A stretch of DNA of 64,000 nt, from NCBI GenBank assembly GCA_963783375.1, contig CAWANH010000028.1:672001-736000 (forward strand), read 5' to 3'. Below are positions 46,418-56,665 of the stretch, piece after piece. The DNA comes from Candidatus Eiseniibacteriota bacterium. GTDB lineage: Bacteria; Eisenbacteria; RBG-16-71-46; JABDJR01. Below the pieces are notes generated by a model, which searched no databases, was not told the DNA's origin, and saw only the letters and a program-made list of their open reading frames with translations. The translations under genes and the position numbers were made by a program. How positions within the stretch are numbered: the first letter of the stretch is position 1; the number at the start of each line of letters is the position of its first letter.

Positions 46418-48766
46418 TCAGCCGCCCGCCGTAGGGGGCGGTTCCTGAACCGTCCGGGGTGATTCGGGGAGATAGGCCCGGAGCACGGCCAGGGACAGGC
46501 GGGCCAGGCGGCTGTTGCTCTCGTAGACGAAGTAGGACCCCTCCCAGTCCGGGCGGAACTTGTTCTTGTACTCGAACAGCGTCCGAAAGTTGTAGACCGC
46601 GTCGCCGTGCTCGTAGACCAGGCGGAGGGCGCGGGCGAGGAGGGACTCGTCGCCGGCGCCGTCCTGGCCCAGGTCCGCCAGGGGGGCCACGGCCAGGCTG
46701 GCCGCGCCATACCCCCGCTCCTTGAAGGCCAGGAACGAGGCGGCGATCAGGAATTCCATGACCCCCTTCATGGCGTCCTCGCGCCGGCGCATGAGGTCGA
46801 TGACCCAGCCTCGGGAGGCATAGCAGGGGAGCCAGTCGGTGAACGCCTGCACCCTCCCCCCCCCATCCACCGCCACCGTGACGGTGACGTTCGGGTCGTT
46901 CAGGCCCTCCACCCCGCCCAGGGTGAACCCCATGGGGGGGAGTTTCCGGCCACGAAGCCACTCCTCCGAGATCTCGTGGAGCTGGGCCAGGATCGGCCGG
47001 GGGACACCCCCCCCTTCGTAGAGCTCGAATCGCACCCCCGCCCGCGCCGCCTTGTTGAGCGCGGTCCGCGTGTCCTGCCAGGCCTTCCCCTTGAACTCCA
47101 GATCGGCCAGGGGGACGATCGCCTCCTCGCCGACCTTGAGCACCCGGTAGCCCGCCTCGCGGTAAACGGGAAGGAGGTCGGGGCCGGCGGCGTAGAACGC
47201 GTGGTCCCACCCCTGGGACCGGGCGAACCGGCCGAAGGCCAGCGCGGTCTCCGGCCGGACCGCGTCGGGGCCGATCGGGTCCCCCAGGGCCAGCGCCACC
47301 TCCGCGGCGTGCCGGTAGCCCACGTAGGCGGTCCTCCGTTCGTTGAAGAAGAGGCTGTTCCCCTCCCACAGGGTCATGTAGGACGTGCCGGAGCGGCCGT
47401 ACCGGGTGAGGATCGCCCCCGCGTCCTCCATGTCGGTGTGCGTCCGCCGAGGCGCCACCATCCCGCGGAGCAGCATGACCAGGGCGTAGAGGATCCCCGT
47501 CCAACCCACGATGGGAATGGAGTTCAGGAACCAGATCCCCTTCCGGGTCACCGGCTCCACCGTGGTGAGCCCGGAGAAGAGAAGCCGCGCGCCGGACTCC
47601 CTGAGGGCGATGTAGACCGTGTGACCTCCGGCGAGGTGGTAGCGGAAGAGGTGGAACCCCACCAGCGAATACAGGGGAAGAAGGATCATCACCAGCAGGA
47701 GCGCCCGGTAGCCCTGACGGAGGCTCGGGGGGTCGGTCGGCGCGGCGAAGGAGCCTCGCCAGGCGATCAGCAGGGCCAGGAGCGCCGCCCCCAGAAGGGA
47801 CTCCGGCCAGTCGGGGCCCTTGATCAGATGGAGAACTGCCGACGCGGACAGGGCCGCCGCGGTGAACATCCAGGCCTGGCGTTTCCCGCGGGAGAGACCG
47901 TCGGCCAGGATGAGAAGCGCGAACCCGAGGACCAGGGTCAGGTGCCGGCTTCCGTGGCGGACGGCCAGGGGGACGGCGTCGGCCATCCAGTGGACGAGCG
48001 GATAGCGGGGAGCGATGACCGAGGACAGGACGGTGACCAGCCCCGCTCCCGCCACCAGCCACGCCGCCACCACCGGCCGCTCCCGCCCGCCGATCCGGAG
48101 CCGGGGCATGCTCAGGGGCCAGCGCTCGCCCCGCCGGCGGAGGAAGAACCAACCCCAACCCAGCCCGGCGCTGTAGGCGAACACGTGGTTCACGTCCCAG
48201 ACCCTTCGATCGAAGGCCAGGAAGAGGACGAGATAGATCCAGATGGTCCAGAAGGCGGCCCGGCTGAAGCGCCGGGTGAGAAACGGCACCGCCGCCCCCA
48301 TGGCTCCGAACATCATGGCCGAGGCTCCCACGTCGGGGCCGTGGGTCATGCGGAGCGCCCAGGCCACCCGGGCGTCGGCGAGGGGCCAGAGGAGGAGGTA
48401 GGTCCCGGTGTAGCCCGCCAGCAGGGTGGTCCAGGAGACCAGCGCCGTCCTCCAGGTGCCGAGCACGTATTCGCAGGTCCCCACCCCGAGGAGCACGAAC
48501 AGGGTGATGGAGAGGACCATGTAGGGGCGATAGACCTGGAAGGGAACCAGGAAGAGCGTGTGGAACGCTCCGGTTCTGAGGTCATCCAGACCGAAACCCC
48601 ACTCACCGAGGAGCCTGGGCGTGATGGGGTGCATCATGGTCCGGGTGACCCCGGTCACGGCGAGGATGCCGGCCAGCATGAACAGGGTGAAGGGGACCCG
48701 GCTGACCAGGATCCGCAGGTCGGCCGGCGCGGATCGTCGGGGGACCAGGAGTTGGGAGAGCGCCAC
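46418..48766 (-). CDS. Aminoacyl-phosphatidylglycerol synthase-like protein (MprF/DUF2156) with N-terminal rhomboid-like membrane domain
   Basis: DVGAS in N-terminal TM region; LGDPIG, VGEEA, DLMRR, YNFRTLFEYKNKFRPDW. Confidence 0.85.
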   Translation of the reverse strand: MALSQLLVPRRSAPADLRILVSRVPFTLFMLAGILAVTGVTRTMMHPITPRLLGEWGFGLDDLRTGAFHTLFLVPFQVYRPYMVLSITLFVLLGVGTCEYVLGTWRTALVSWTTLLAGYTGTYLLLWPLADARVAWALRMTHGPDVGASAMMFGAMGAAVPFLTRRFSRAAFWTIWIYLVLFLAFDRRVWDVNHVFAYSAGLGWGWFFLRRRGERWPLSMPRLRIGGRERPVVAAWLVAGAGLVTVLSSVIAPRYPLVHWMADAVPLAVRHGSRHLTLVLGFALLILADGLSRGKRQAWMFTAAALSASAVLHLIKGPDWPESLLGAALLALLIAWRGSFAAPTDPPSLRQGYRALLLVMILLPLYSLVGFHLFRYHLAGGHTVYIALRESGARLLFSGLTTVEPVTRKGIWFLNSIPIVGWTGILYALVMLLRGMVAPRRTHTDMEDAGAILTRYGRSGTSYMTLWEGNSLFFNERRTAYVGYRHAAEVALALGDPIGPDAVRPETALAFGRFARSQGWDHAFYAAGPDLLPVYREAGYRVLKVGEEAIVPLADLEFKGKAWQDTRTALNKAARAGVRFELYEGGGVPRPILAQLHEISEEWLRGRKLPPMGFTLGGVEGLNDPNVTVTVAVDGGGRVQAFTDWLPCYASRGWVIDLMRRREDAMKGVMEFLIAASFLAFKERGYGAASLAVAPLADLGQDGAGDESLLARALRLVYEHGDAVYNFRTLFEYKNKFRPDWEGSYFVYESNSRLARLSLAVLRAYLPESPRTVQEPPPTAGG

Positions 48767-48877
48767 GACGAGGCCTCCGGCGGTTCAACCCGGGCGGAGC
48801 TCCCCCCGGGCTGCCAGGCCCGGGCCCTCCACGCGGCGGCGGCGAGCGTTCGAATCACCCGGGCGCCATGAGCATAC

Positions 48878-48910
48878 AGAAAGGCGGGCCCCGTAGATAC
48901 GGGGCCCGCC
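48878..48910 (-). terminator. Intrinsic terminator
   Basis: GGCGGGCCCCGT-N4-ACGGGGCCCGCC hairpin followed by TTTCT on the minus strand. Confidence 0.7.
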
Positions 48911-48962
48911 GAATCACGTTTCGATCGGCGCCCGGCCGGGCCGGGGGCCTGGAAACCGCAGC

Positions 48963-49639
48963 CTAGTTGTACTGCTGCTTGATGGCGCTCCAGGTCGAGG
49001 GCTCGACCGGGGTGCTCTGGGCGCAAGGCAGGGTGATCGAGGCGTGGGTCGGCGCGGTGGCCGAGACGTCGTCGATCCAGTACTGGGTGGAGCAGCTGTC
49101 GCAGGTGGACGGGCTGCTGTAGAGGCGGGCACTCGACCACCAGGGCCGTCCCGGTGGTCACGTTGGCGTCCAGAGTCCAGGTGTAGCTGATCTCTTCCCA
49201 CCCGATGCCGGCAGCTGTAGGTGCCTCGGACCGCTGGCGCTTCCCGCGTAGCTGTTCACGTCGCCGGTGATTGGCCCAGTGTCCCCAGATCCGGAGGGAG
49301 GGGGAGCCGCCGGGGTGGTCATCGAAGGCCCAGAAGCTCGCGGTCACCGAGTCGCCGTCCGGGAGCCCTTCGATGTAGGCGATGTAGGCCTGGGGGGTCC
49401 CGCTATGGGGATCCTCGGTCAGGGTCAAGGAATGGGTTCCGGTGTGAACCGGGTTCGCCGGGCTGGTCACGTTGGCCACGCCGACCAGGTTGAGCCGTAG
49501 GCTGCCCAGAAGTGGTGCTGGTCCCGTCTTCCCAGCTGCAGCTCTCGGTGTGGGTCGTCTGGGCAGCGGCCAGCATGGGCACTCCGATGATGAGCGCGGC
49601 CGCGGCCAGGGTCACTGCGGCGATTCGTAGCAAACGCAT
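48963..49639 (-). pseudogene. Secreted protein with TWSAIK tail, broken by several indels (pseudogene or assembly error)
   Basis: Signal peptide MRLLRIAAVTLAAAA; coherent segments in three frames; ends VEPSTWSAIKQQYN-stop. Confidence 0.7.
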
Positions 49640-49856
49640 GATGTCAGAACCTCCTTGGGAAAGCTCGCGGTCCCACCCCACACACTCGAATCACGGTTGC
49701 TTTCCGCCGAGGCGGAGCAGGATGGTCCCACCGGTTGCAAGTGGCTTGATTTTAGCAGACTTGGAGGCTTTTTGCCAGCCTCGAATGGGTGATAAAATCG
49801 GTCGGATTGGGCCCGGAGAGCCCGCCATCGAGCCACTCCGGCGGGGGGCCGGATCC

Positions 49857-50664
49857 TCAAACCCACGAATTATTCATCACTTCGCCGAGTCCCCCCGCTC
49901 CCGGGGACGATGTATCCCCGCTCGTTCAGGCCCTTCTCGCGCTCCCAGAACGTCCCCGGGACGGTCCGGAGCACCGCCTCGTCGGAGAGCCCCCGGTCCA
50001 GCCGGAGGGCGTAAACCGTCAACCCGGGGTGCTCGGCGGTCATCCGCCTCAGGTACTCGGGGGTGATGATGAGGTGGATGGCGATCAGCCGCTCGGGGGT
50101 TCCCTCCACCTCCTCCCTGTAGGTCCGGACCGCGGCGGCCATGGAGGACCCGGTCGCCCCCATGGGGTCGGGGAAGAGGACGAACCTGCCGTCCACCGCC
50201 CCCCCGATCTTGGACGCCCCGATCGAGGCCCCGGTCACCCGGTCGTCCGCGTCGGTGGTCCGGGCCACCGCGAAATGGTCCTGGCGCACCCCCTCCGGGT
50301 CGAGGATCTCGTTCAGGGCGTCGAAGCAGACCTGGCTGGGGAGGGTCCCGGCCCGGGCGATGTTCACGGTCACCGCGGTGGACCGGGGATCGATAACCTC
50401 CCCTTCGTACACGCCTTGGGGCGTGCCGGGGAACATCCGGGTCTCGACCCGGGTGGCCAGCCGCGGGAACTCCACGTTCACCACCGCCTGGATGAGCTCC
50501 TGGTAGAGGATGGTCACCAGTCGGTTCACCGCGGGCTGGGTGGTGGACCGGTTGCTCAGGGTGACCAGGTGCGAGAGCAGGAAAGGGTTGGCCAGGATGT
50601 GGACCCGGTCGCCGTACCGGTGCGCCGCTTCGCTGAGCTGGAACCTGAGGGATTCGAACTGCAT
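49857..50664 (-). CDS. upp: Uracil phosphoribosyltransferase-like protein (one extra base near 3' end)
   Basis: IARAG, PDPMGATGSS, LNERGYIVPG; removing one base gives PGAGGLGEVMNNSWV-stop at 49857. Confidence 0.8.
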
Positions 50665-50887
50665 GTCCGGCAAAGCGGCCCTCCCCTGGCCCGACCTGTT
50701 CACGAACCCGCGGCGGCGGCGAGGTCCGGATCCCGACCCGCGGCAGCCCGAGGCTCACAGCCTGACATCACGGGCCCGGGGAGCGCAAGCGCCCGGCATC
50801 TACAATTTGTTGACGGGAGATTCAATGTGCTAACTTAGGGCGGTTTTTTGTGGGATCCGAACGTCGTTTCGAAACGGGAGGCCTCGC

Positions 50888-52339
50888 ATGTATCGTCGCG
50901 CGTTCTACATCTTTCTCCTGACGGCCCTGGCTGCGGTGGCGGCGAACTGCGGGGACGACAACGGCTCCGCTCCGAAGGTCGACGAGTACCAGGCCCTGAT
51001 CCAGCAGTTCGACCTCTCCCCGGTGCCCTCGATCCCGTACCCCCAGAACAACCGGTTCAACGCCGAGCGGGTGGCCCTGGGCCGGCTGCTCTTCTTCGAC
51101 CCCATCCTCGGGGGGGAGTCGGCCCCGTGGATCAAGCGGGCGGCCGGAAAGGACCCGTACCGCTACCGGGCCAACGACGTGGCCTGCGCCACCTGCCACC
51201 TCCCGGCCTTCGGGTTCGCGGACGGCCGGCGATTGGGGGCGGGGGTCGGCGGAGCGCACCTCCGGGACCTCGATCTGGGCCCCGACCGCGTGGTGCCGGG
51301 GACGTCGCTGGTGACCGGGTTCCCGGTGGGAACCGAACCCCGCAACTCCATGAGCGTGCTCGACGCCGCCTGCAACGGCAAGGACTCCAACGTCCCGGTG
51401 GTCGAGAGCTTCCAGTTCATGGACGGGCGGGTGACCAAGGGGCTCGAGCAGCAGGCGGGGCTCCCCATCACCTCGCGGGATGAGATGCGCGGCGACGCCT
51501 ACGGGGCTCCCGAGCTGGGAGACGCCCTCACCCAGACCGACATCCAGGACAGCGTGGCCGCCCGGGTGAGCCAAATCCCCGAGTACGTGGCCCGGTTCGA
51601 GCAGGCGTTCGCTGGGGAGGTGACCAGGCCCTCGGACATCACCATCGACCACGTCACCCGGGCCATCGCCGCCTACGAACGCGAGCTGGTCACCCCCAAC
51701 TCGCGCTACGACCAGTTCCTGCTCGGAAATCGCGACGCCCTGAACGATGTCGAACAGGAGGGGTTCAAGCTCTTCTTCACCAAGGGCAAGTGCGGCGCCT
51801 GTCACAACGGACCCATGCTCGCCGACTACAGCTTCCGGGTCCAGGGAGTGGGCGACGACTACGACTCCATCATCCCCGGCTTCGGGGGAAAGAACGGCCA
51901 GGGGCAGGACTGGGGCCGCTTCCACGCCCCCGGTTTCGATCAGGACCAGTACAAGTACCAGTTCCGGGTGGCCACCATCCGGAACGTGGAGCTCACCGCG
52001 CCCTATTTCCACAGCGGGAGCGCGGGCACGTTGCGGGAGGTGGTCGAGTTCTACAACCGGGGGGCGCGGGGAACCCAGGACGTTTCCCAGACCGCCCTGG
52101 ACGCGGTGGGGGCGGTCCGCGATCCCGCCATCACCCCGCTCGGGCTCACCGGCGCGGAGATGGACGCCATCACCGCCTTCATGAAGAGCACCACCGCCCC
52201 GGTCCAGATGGGGCCCCTGGGGCTGGATCTCACCCGGGTGCCGGAGCGGGTTCCCAGCGGGCTGCTGCCGCCGGGCATTCCCACCCCTCCGGGGCCGGGA
52301 CCCTTCTACCCTCCCTCGCGCAGGATCGACCTGGAGTAG
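50888..52339 (+). CDS. Di-heme cytochrome c peroxidase family (bCcP/MauG superfamily) exported protein
   Basis: LGRLLFFDP, CATCH, CGACH, IRNVELTAPYFHSG; signal with possible lipidated Cys. Confidence 0.88.
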   Translation: MYRRAFYIFLLTALAAVAANCGDDNGSAPKVDEYQALIQQFDLSPVPSIPYPQNNRFNAERVALGRLLFFDPILGGESAPWIKRAAGKDPYRYRANDVACATCHLPAFGFADGRRLGAGVGGAHLRDLDLGPDRVVPGTSLVTGFPVGTEPRNSMSVLDAACNGKDSNVPVVESFQFMDGRVTKGLEQQAGLPITSRDEMRGDAYGAPELGDALTQTDIQDSVAARVSQIPEYVARFEQAFAGEVTRPSDITIDHVTRAIAAYERELVTPNSRYDQFLLGNRDALNDVEQEGFKLFFTKGKCGACHNGPMLADYSFRVQGVGDDYDSIIPGFGGKNGQGQDWGRFHAPGFDQDQYKYQFRVATIRNVELTAPYFHSGSAGTLREVVEFYNRGARGTQDVSQTALDAVGAVRDPAITPLGLTGAEMDAITAFMKSTTAPVQMGPLGLDLTRVPERVPSGLLPPGIPTPPGPGPFYPPSRRIDLE

Positions 52340-52367
52340 CCGGCCGCCGTCGGGTCTCCCCCGGGAG

Positions 52368-52961
52368 CTACTCTCCGGAGATCCCCATCTCCTCCTGCCC
52401 GATGACCTCGCGCCGGAAGCAGGCCCGGCAGCGGGGCTCGTAGGCGTCCCCCGCCCCCACCTGGATCGTGTCGCGGCTCCCGCGCAAGCGCTGGGAGCGG
52501 TTGGCGGGGTTTCCGCATCGGACGCAGATGGCGAGGTTCTTGGTCACGTACTCCGCCACGCAGAGGAGGCTCGGGATGACCCCGAAGGGGTTCCCCAGGT
52601 AATCCTGATCCAGGGCGGCGACGATCACCCGGTGGTTCCGGTCGGCAAGGTCCTCGCAGACCGGGACCAGCTTCTCGTCGAAGAACTGGGCCTCGTCGAT
52701 CCCCACTATCTGGGTGTCCGATTCGAGATGGCGGTAGATGTCCCCGATCTTCTCCAGGGGCACCGCCTCCAGGGTACGCCGGTCGTGGGAGGCGATGCGT
52801 CGCTCGGAGTACCGGTTGTCCAGCCGCGGCTTGAAGAGCTGGACCTTCTGGCGGGCGTACTGGGCGCGGCGGGCGCGACGGATGAGTTCCTCGGTCTTCC
52901 CCGAGAACATGCTCCCGCAGATGACCTCGATCCAGCCGATATCCTTGGGCACGTGGTGCAC
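52368..52961 (-). CDS. tdk: Thymidine kinase
   Basis: CGSMFSGKTEELIRR, IDEAQF, YEPRCRAC. Confidence 0.96.
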   Translation of the reverse strand: MHHVPKDIGWIEVICGSMFSGKTEELIRRARRAQYARQKVQLFKPRLDNRYSERRIASHDRRTLEAVPLEKIGDIYRHLESDTQIVGIDEAQFFDEKLVPVCEDLADRNHRVIVAALDQDYLGNPFGVIPSLLCVAEYVTKNLAICVRCGNPANRSQRLRGSRDTIQVGAGDAYEPRCRACFRREVIGQEEMGISGE

Positions 52962-53099
52962 GACGCAATCTCCGGGCGAGCTCGTGGCCCGTCCGCCCGG
53001 AGCCGGGGGCGGGCGGGGTGAACGAATTACCCGGAGAAGGTATCATTGTAGGCGGCCGGTCGGCACGCATCGAATGCAATCATCGCGTCGGGGTGGAAT

Positions 53100-54926
53100 A
53101 TGAGCGACAAACCGATGAAGACCAAGAAGATCGGGGAACACGGGGTGGTGGGCGATCTCCATACCGTGGCCCTGATCGGGGCGGACGGGAGCATCGACTG
53201 GTGCTGCTTTCCCCATTTCGACTCCCCCAGCATCTTCGCCGCGATCCTGGACGGTGAGAAGGGGGGGTACTTCCGCATCCAACCCACGGAGGAGGTGAGG
53301 GGGACGCAGATGTACCTCCCCGACTCCAACATCCTCCTCACCCGCTTCCTCCACTCCGACGGGGTGGGGGAGCTCCTGGATTTCATGCCGGTGGTGAGCG
53401 ACGAGCCGGGAGAGCATCCGGGAAGCCACACCATCGTCCGCCGGGTCACCGTGGTCCGCGGCCACCTCACCTTCATCCTGGATTGCCAGCCGCGCTTCGA
53501 CTACGCCCGGACCGATCACCGTACCCGGATCATCCGGGGGGACGCCCTGTTCGAGACCGATCACATCGTGGTGGGGCTCCAGAGCCCGGTGGAACTGGTG
53601 ATGCACGGCGGGGGGGCGCGGGCCGAGTTCACCCTGAATGCGGGGGAGACGGTTCACTTTCTGCTTCGCCAGGTGACGAGCCAGGACGTGGATGAGGCCC
53701 TCGAACACCCCCCCGATCCCGAGGTCCTCTTCCGGGAGACCTCGGATTTCTGGCGGGGCTGGATCGCCAAGAGCAGCTACCGCGGCCACTGGCGGGAGAT
53801 GGTGCACCGCTCGGCCCTGGTGCTGAAGCTCCTCGCCTACAGCCCGACCGGAGCCACGGTGGCCGCCCCCACCACCAGCCTCCCCGAGGAGATCGGGGGA
53901 TCGCGGAACTGGGACTACCGGTTCTCCTGGATCCGGGACTCCGCCTTCACCCTCTACGGCCTGCTCCGGATCGGATTCACCGAAGAAGCCGGCCGCTACA
54001 TGAACTTCCTGAACGACCGGATCCTCGAACTCGACCAGGACGGTTCGCTCCAGCCGGTCTACCGGATCGACGGCCGGAAGGATATGGCCGAGGAGGAACT
54101 CCCCCACCTCTCCGGCTACTGCGATTCGCGGCCGGTGCGGATCGGCAACGCCGCCGCCGGCCAGCTCCAGCTCGACATCTACGGCGAGCTGATGGACTCG
54201 GTCTACCTCTACAACAAGTACGGGCGCCCGATCGGCTACGACACCTGGAGCCACCTGGTTCGCATGCTGAACTGGGTGTGCGATCACTGGCGGGAACCCG
54301 ACGACGGCATCTGGGAGGTCCGCGGAGGCCGGCGGCACTTCGTCTTCTCGAAGATGCTCTGCTGGGTGGCCCTGGACCGGGGGGTCCGCCTCGCGGCCAA
54401 GCGTAGCTTCCCCGCGCCCCACGAACGCTGGACCGAGGAGCGGGACAAGATCTATCTCGAGGTGATGGAGAAGGGCTGGAACGAGGAGATCGGGGCCTTC
54501 ACCCAGTACTACGGCTCCGACGCCCTCGACGCCTCGCTCCTGCTCATGCCGCTGGTGTTCTTCATGTCCCCCCACGATCCGCGCATGCTCTCCACCCTGG
54601 ATCGGATCATGGAAAGCCTGGTCTCGGACAGCTTGGTCTACCGGTACTCCACGAAGGACGCGGCCGCGGACGGGGTGGACGGGGCCGAGGGCACGTTTTG
54701 CCTCTGCAGCTTCTGGCTGGTGGAGGCGTTGACCCGGGCCGGTCGCATCACCGAGGCCCGCCTCATCTTCGAGAAGATGCTGTCCTACGCCAACCCGGTC
54801 GGGCTCTACTCGGAGCAGATCGCCCCCACCGGGGACCAGTTGGGAAATTTTCCCCAGGCCTTCACCCACATGGCCCTGATCAGCGCCGCCTACAACCTGG
54901 ACCGCGCGCTGGGAGAAACACCATAG
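53100..54926 (+). CDS. Glycoside hydrolase family 15 (glucoamylase/trehalase-like)
   Basis: RNWDYRFSWIRD, QLDIYGE, GIWEVRG, GNFPQAFTH. Confidence 0.95.
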   Translation: MSDKPMKTKKIGEHGVVGDLHTVALIGADGSIDWCCFPHFDSPSIFAAILDGEKGGYFRIQPTEEVRGTQMYLPDSNILLTRFLHSDGVGELLDFMPVVSDEPGEHPGSHTIVRRVTVVRGHLTFILDCQPRFDYARTDHRTRIIRGDALFETDHIVVGLQSPVELVMHGGGARAEFTLNAGETVHFLLRQVTSQDVDEALEHPPDPEVLFRETSDFWRGWIAKSSYRGHWREMVHRSALVLKLLAYSPTGATVAAPTTSLPEEIGGSRNWDYRFSWIRDSAFTLYGLLRIGFTEEAGRYMNFLNDRILELDQDGSLQPVYRIDGRKDMAEEELPHLSGYCDSRPVRIGNAAAGQLQLDIYGELMDSVYLYNKYGRPIGYDTWSHLVRMLNWVCDHWREPDDGIWEVRGGRRHFVFSKMLCWVALDRGVRLAAKRSFPAPHERWTEERDKIYLEVMEKGWNEEIGAFTQYYGSDALDASLLLMPLVFFMSPHDPRMLSTLDRIMESLVSDSLVYRYSTKDAAADGVDGAEGTFCLCSFWLVEALTRAGRITEARLIFEKMLSYANPVGLYSEQIAPTGDQLGNFPQAFTHMALISAAYNLDRALGETP

Positions 54927-54975
54927 ACCCGTCCGGCCCGGGGCCCGCCCGGCGCCGGGCACGGATCCCAAACGA

Positions 54976-55003
54976 AAGCCCCCGGCGGTGAGACCGGGGG
55001 CTT
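54976..55003 (+). terminator. Terminator-like hairpin after GH15
   Basis: AAGCCCCCGG-N8-CCGGGGGCTT. Confidence 0.6.
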
Positions 55004-55152
55004 CGTCGTGACTACCGTGCCAAGGAGGCTCAGCTCCATCGAAGCGGTTGCGTCGCTTCGTGCGCTGGTTTCTTTATCGGCGGGGGACGCCGAACCTTTA
55101 GCGCATTCTTGCGGATCCGCCGGCCGTCCCGGGCCTCGGTGTCCGCAACCCG

Positions 55153-56637
55153 TTAACGCGCCGCGGCTTTCGCCAACGTTCCCGCCCGTTCCGATGCCTC
55201 GACGCGGATCCGGTTCCCCAGATCGGCCCCGGCCAAGGTAACGAGCGCCCGCTCGTAGTGGGATTCGGCCTGCCCGCGTATCCCCAACGCGTCGAGCGCC
55301 TTGGCCGTCCAGTAGTTGGCGCCGGCACCGTGGGGGTTCCGGGCCAGGAGTTCCTCTCCCACCGTTACCGCCTCCTGGGGGCGCTGGGCCCGGACCAGGG
55401 CAGCGACTTCTTTTTCCCGGACGCGCCGGTCCAGCCACCAGGTCCAGCGTTCCTTGCCCTCCGCTCGCCGGTAGAACTCGACGGCATCCGGCCATCGCCC
55501 GGAGGCCCCGGCGATGTCGCCCTTGAGCTCCAGGACGCGGAAGGTCTCGCCCGCTCCCGCGGGATCGTCCCCGCTTTCCCGCAATCGTTCCTCCACCTGC
55601 GCGGTGAGGATCTTGAGCTCCGCCTCGGCCGCTCCGAGGCGTCCGGCAGCGGCGTAGATCCGTCCGAGAAGCTGGTGCAGATCCGGATCCTTGAGGTGTG
55701 ATGATCCCAGTGCCCGGGCCATGGAGAGCGCGCGGTCATGGTCTCCGCTCGCATGGACCAGCTCGACGTCGTAGAGACGCCAGGCGTAGTCGTCCACGGT
55801 GCCGGTCAGGGCCGTCTCGATGCGTTGGGTCTCCTCCAGGGCTTCGCGATATCGTCCGAGGTCGGCGTAGACCATGGCCAGGTGGTCGCGGGCCCAGATG
55901 AAGTCCGGCTTGATCTGAAGGGCTCTCAGGAATTCCTTTCGGGCATCCGCGTACTGGCCGGTCCTGAGGTAGAGTTCGCCCAGGCTGTCGTGGGGATTGG
56001 GTTCTTCGGGATAGAGGAACGCGTATTTCTGGAACGCCTCCACCGCTTCGGTCCATCGCTCCTGCTGGGCCAGGACGTAGCCCATGCGGTTGTAGGCCTC
56101 CCCCTGCCGGGGATCCAGTTCGAGGACCCGGCGATAGTCCGCCACCGCCTCATCGAGGTTTCCGCGCTTCGCGGCCCGGTTCGCCGAGCGGAAGAGCGCT
56201 TCGGGATCGTCGGGATAGGCGGCGATGAGCCGGGTCTCCAGGGATTCCCGCTCGGCCGCGTTTCCCCGGATTCTCGCGCCGATGAGGCGAATGAGCAACG
56301 CCTCACGGTCCGTGACCCGGTCGAGCCGGCTCTCCGCCCGGCGGTAGTAGTCCCGCGCTTCGTCCCCGTCCTCCAGCCCCGCCGAGTAGGAGGCCAGCCT
56401 GGCCCAGGCCATGGCGAAAGTGCTGTCGATCTCGGTCGCCCGCTGCCATCCCCGAACCGCGTCGGTGAAGTAGTGCTTGCTGCGGGCCTCCATCCCCTGC
56501 TGGTAGTACGTGTAGGCCTCGGCCGAGGTCGTGGTGACGTCGCGGGGAGAGCGCGAGGCCACCAGGGAGGCGCCCACGAAACACGCCAACCCCACCGCCA
56601 GCAAGGCACCGGTCACAAGTTTCCCCCGCATCGTCAT
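55153..56637 (-). CDS. Exported TPR repeat protein
   Basis: Signal/TM; DSTFAMAWARL; NPHDSLGELY; multiple TPRs. Confidence 0.85.
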   Translation of the reverse strand: MTMRGKLVTGALLAVGLACFVGASLVASRSPRDVTTTSAEAYTYYQQGMEARSKHYFTDAVRGWQRATEIDSTFAMAWARLASYSAGLEDGDEARDYYRRAESRLDRVTDREALLIRLIGARIRGNAAERESLETRLIAAYPDDPEALFRSANRAAKRGNLDEAVADYRRVLELDPRQGEAYNRMGYVLAQQERWTEAVEAFQKYAFLYPEEPNPHDSLGELYLRTGQYADARKEFLRALQIKPDFIWARDHLAMVYADLGRYREALEETQRIETALTGTVDDYAWRLYDVELVHASGDHDRALSMARALGSSHLKDPDLHQLLGRIYAAAGRLGAAEAELKILTAQVEERLRESGDDPAGAGETFRVLELKGDIAGASGRWPDAVEFYRRAEGKERWTWWLDRRVREKEVAALVRAQRPQEAVTVGEELLARNPHGAGANYWTAKALDALGIRGQAESHYERALVTLAGADLGNRIRVEASERAGTLAKAAAR

Positions 56638-56665
56638 GGCATCGATCCTCCCCGTTCCGGGTTCC

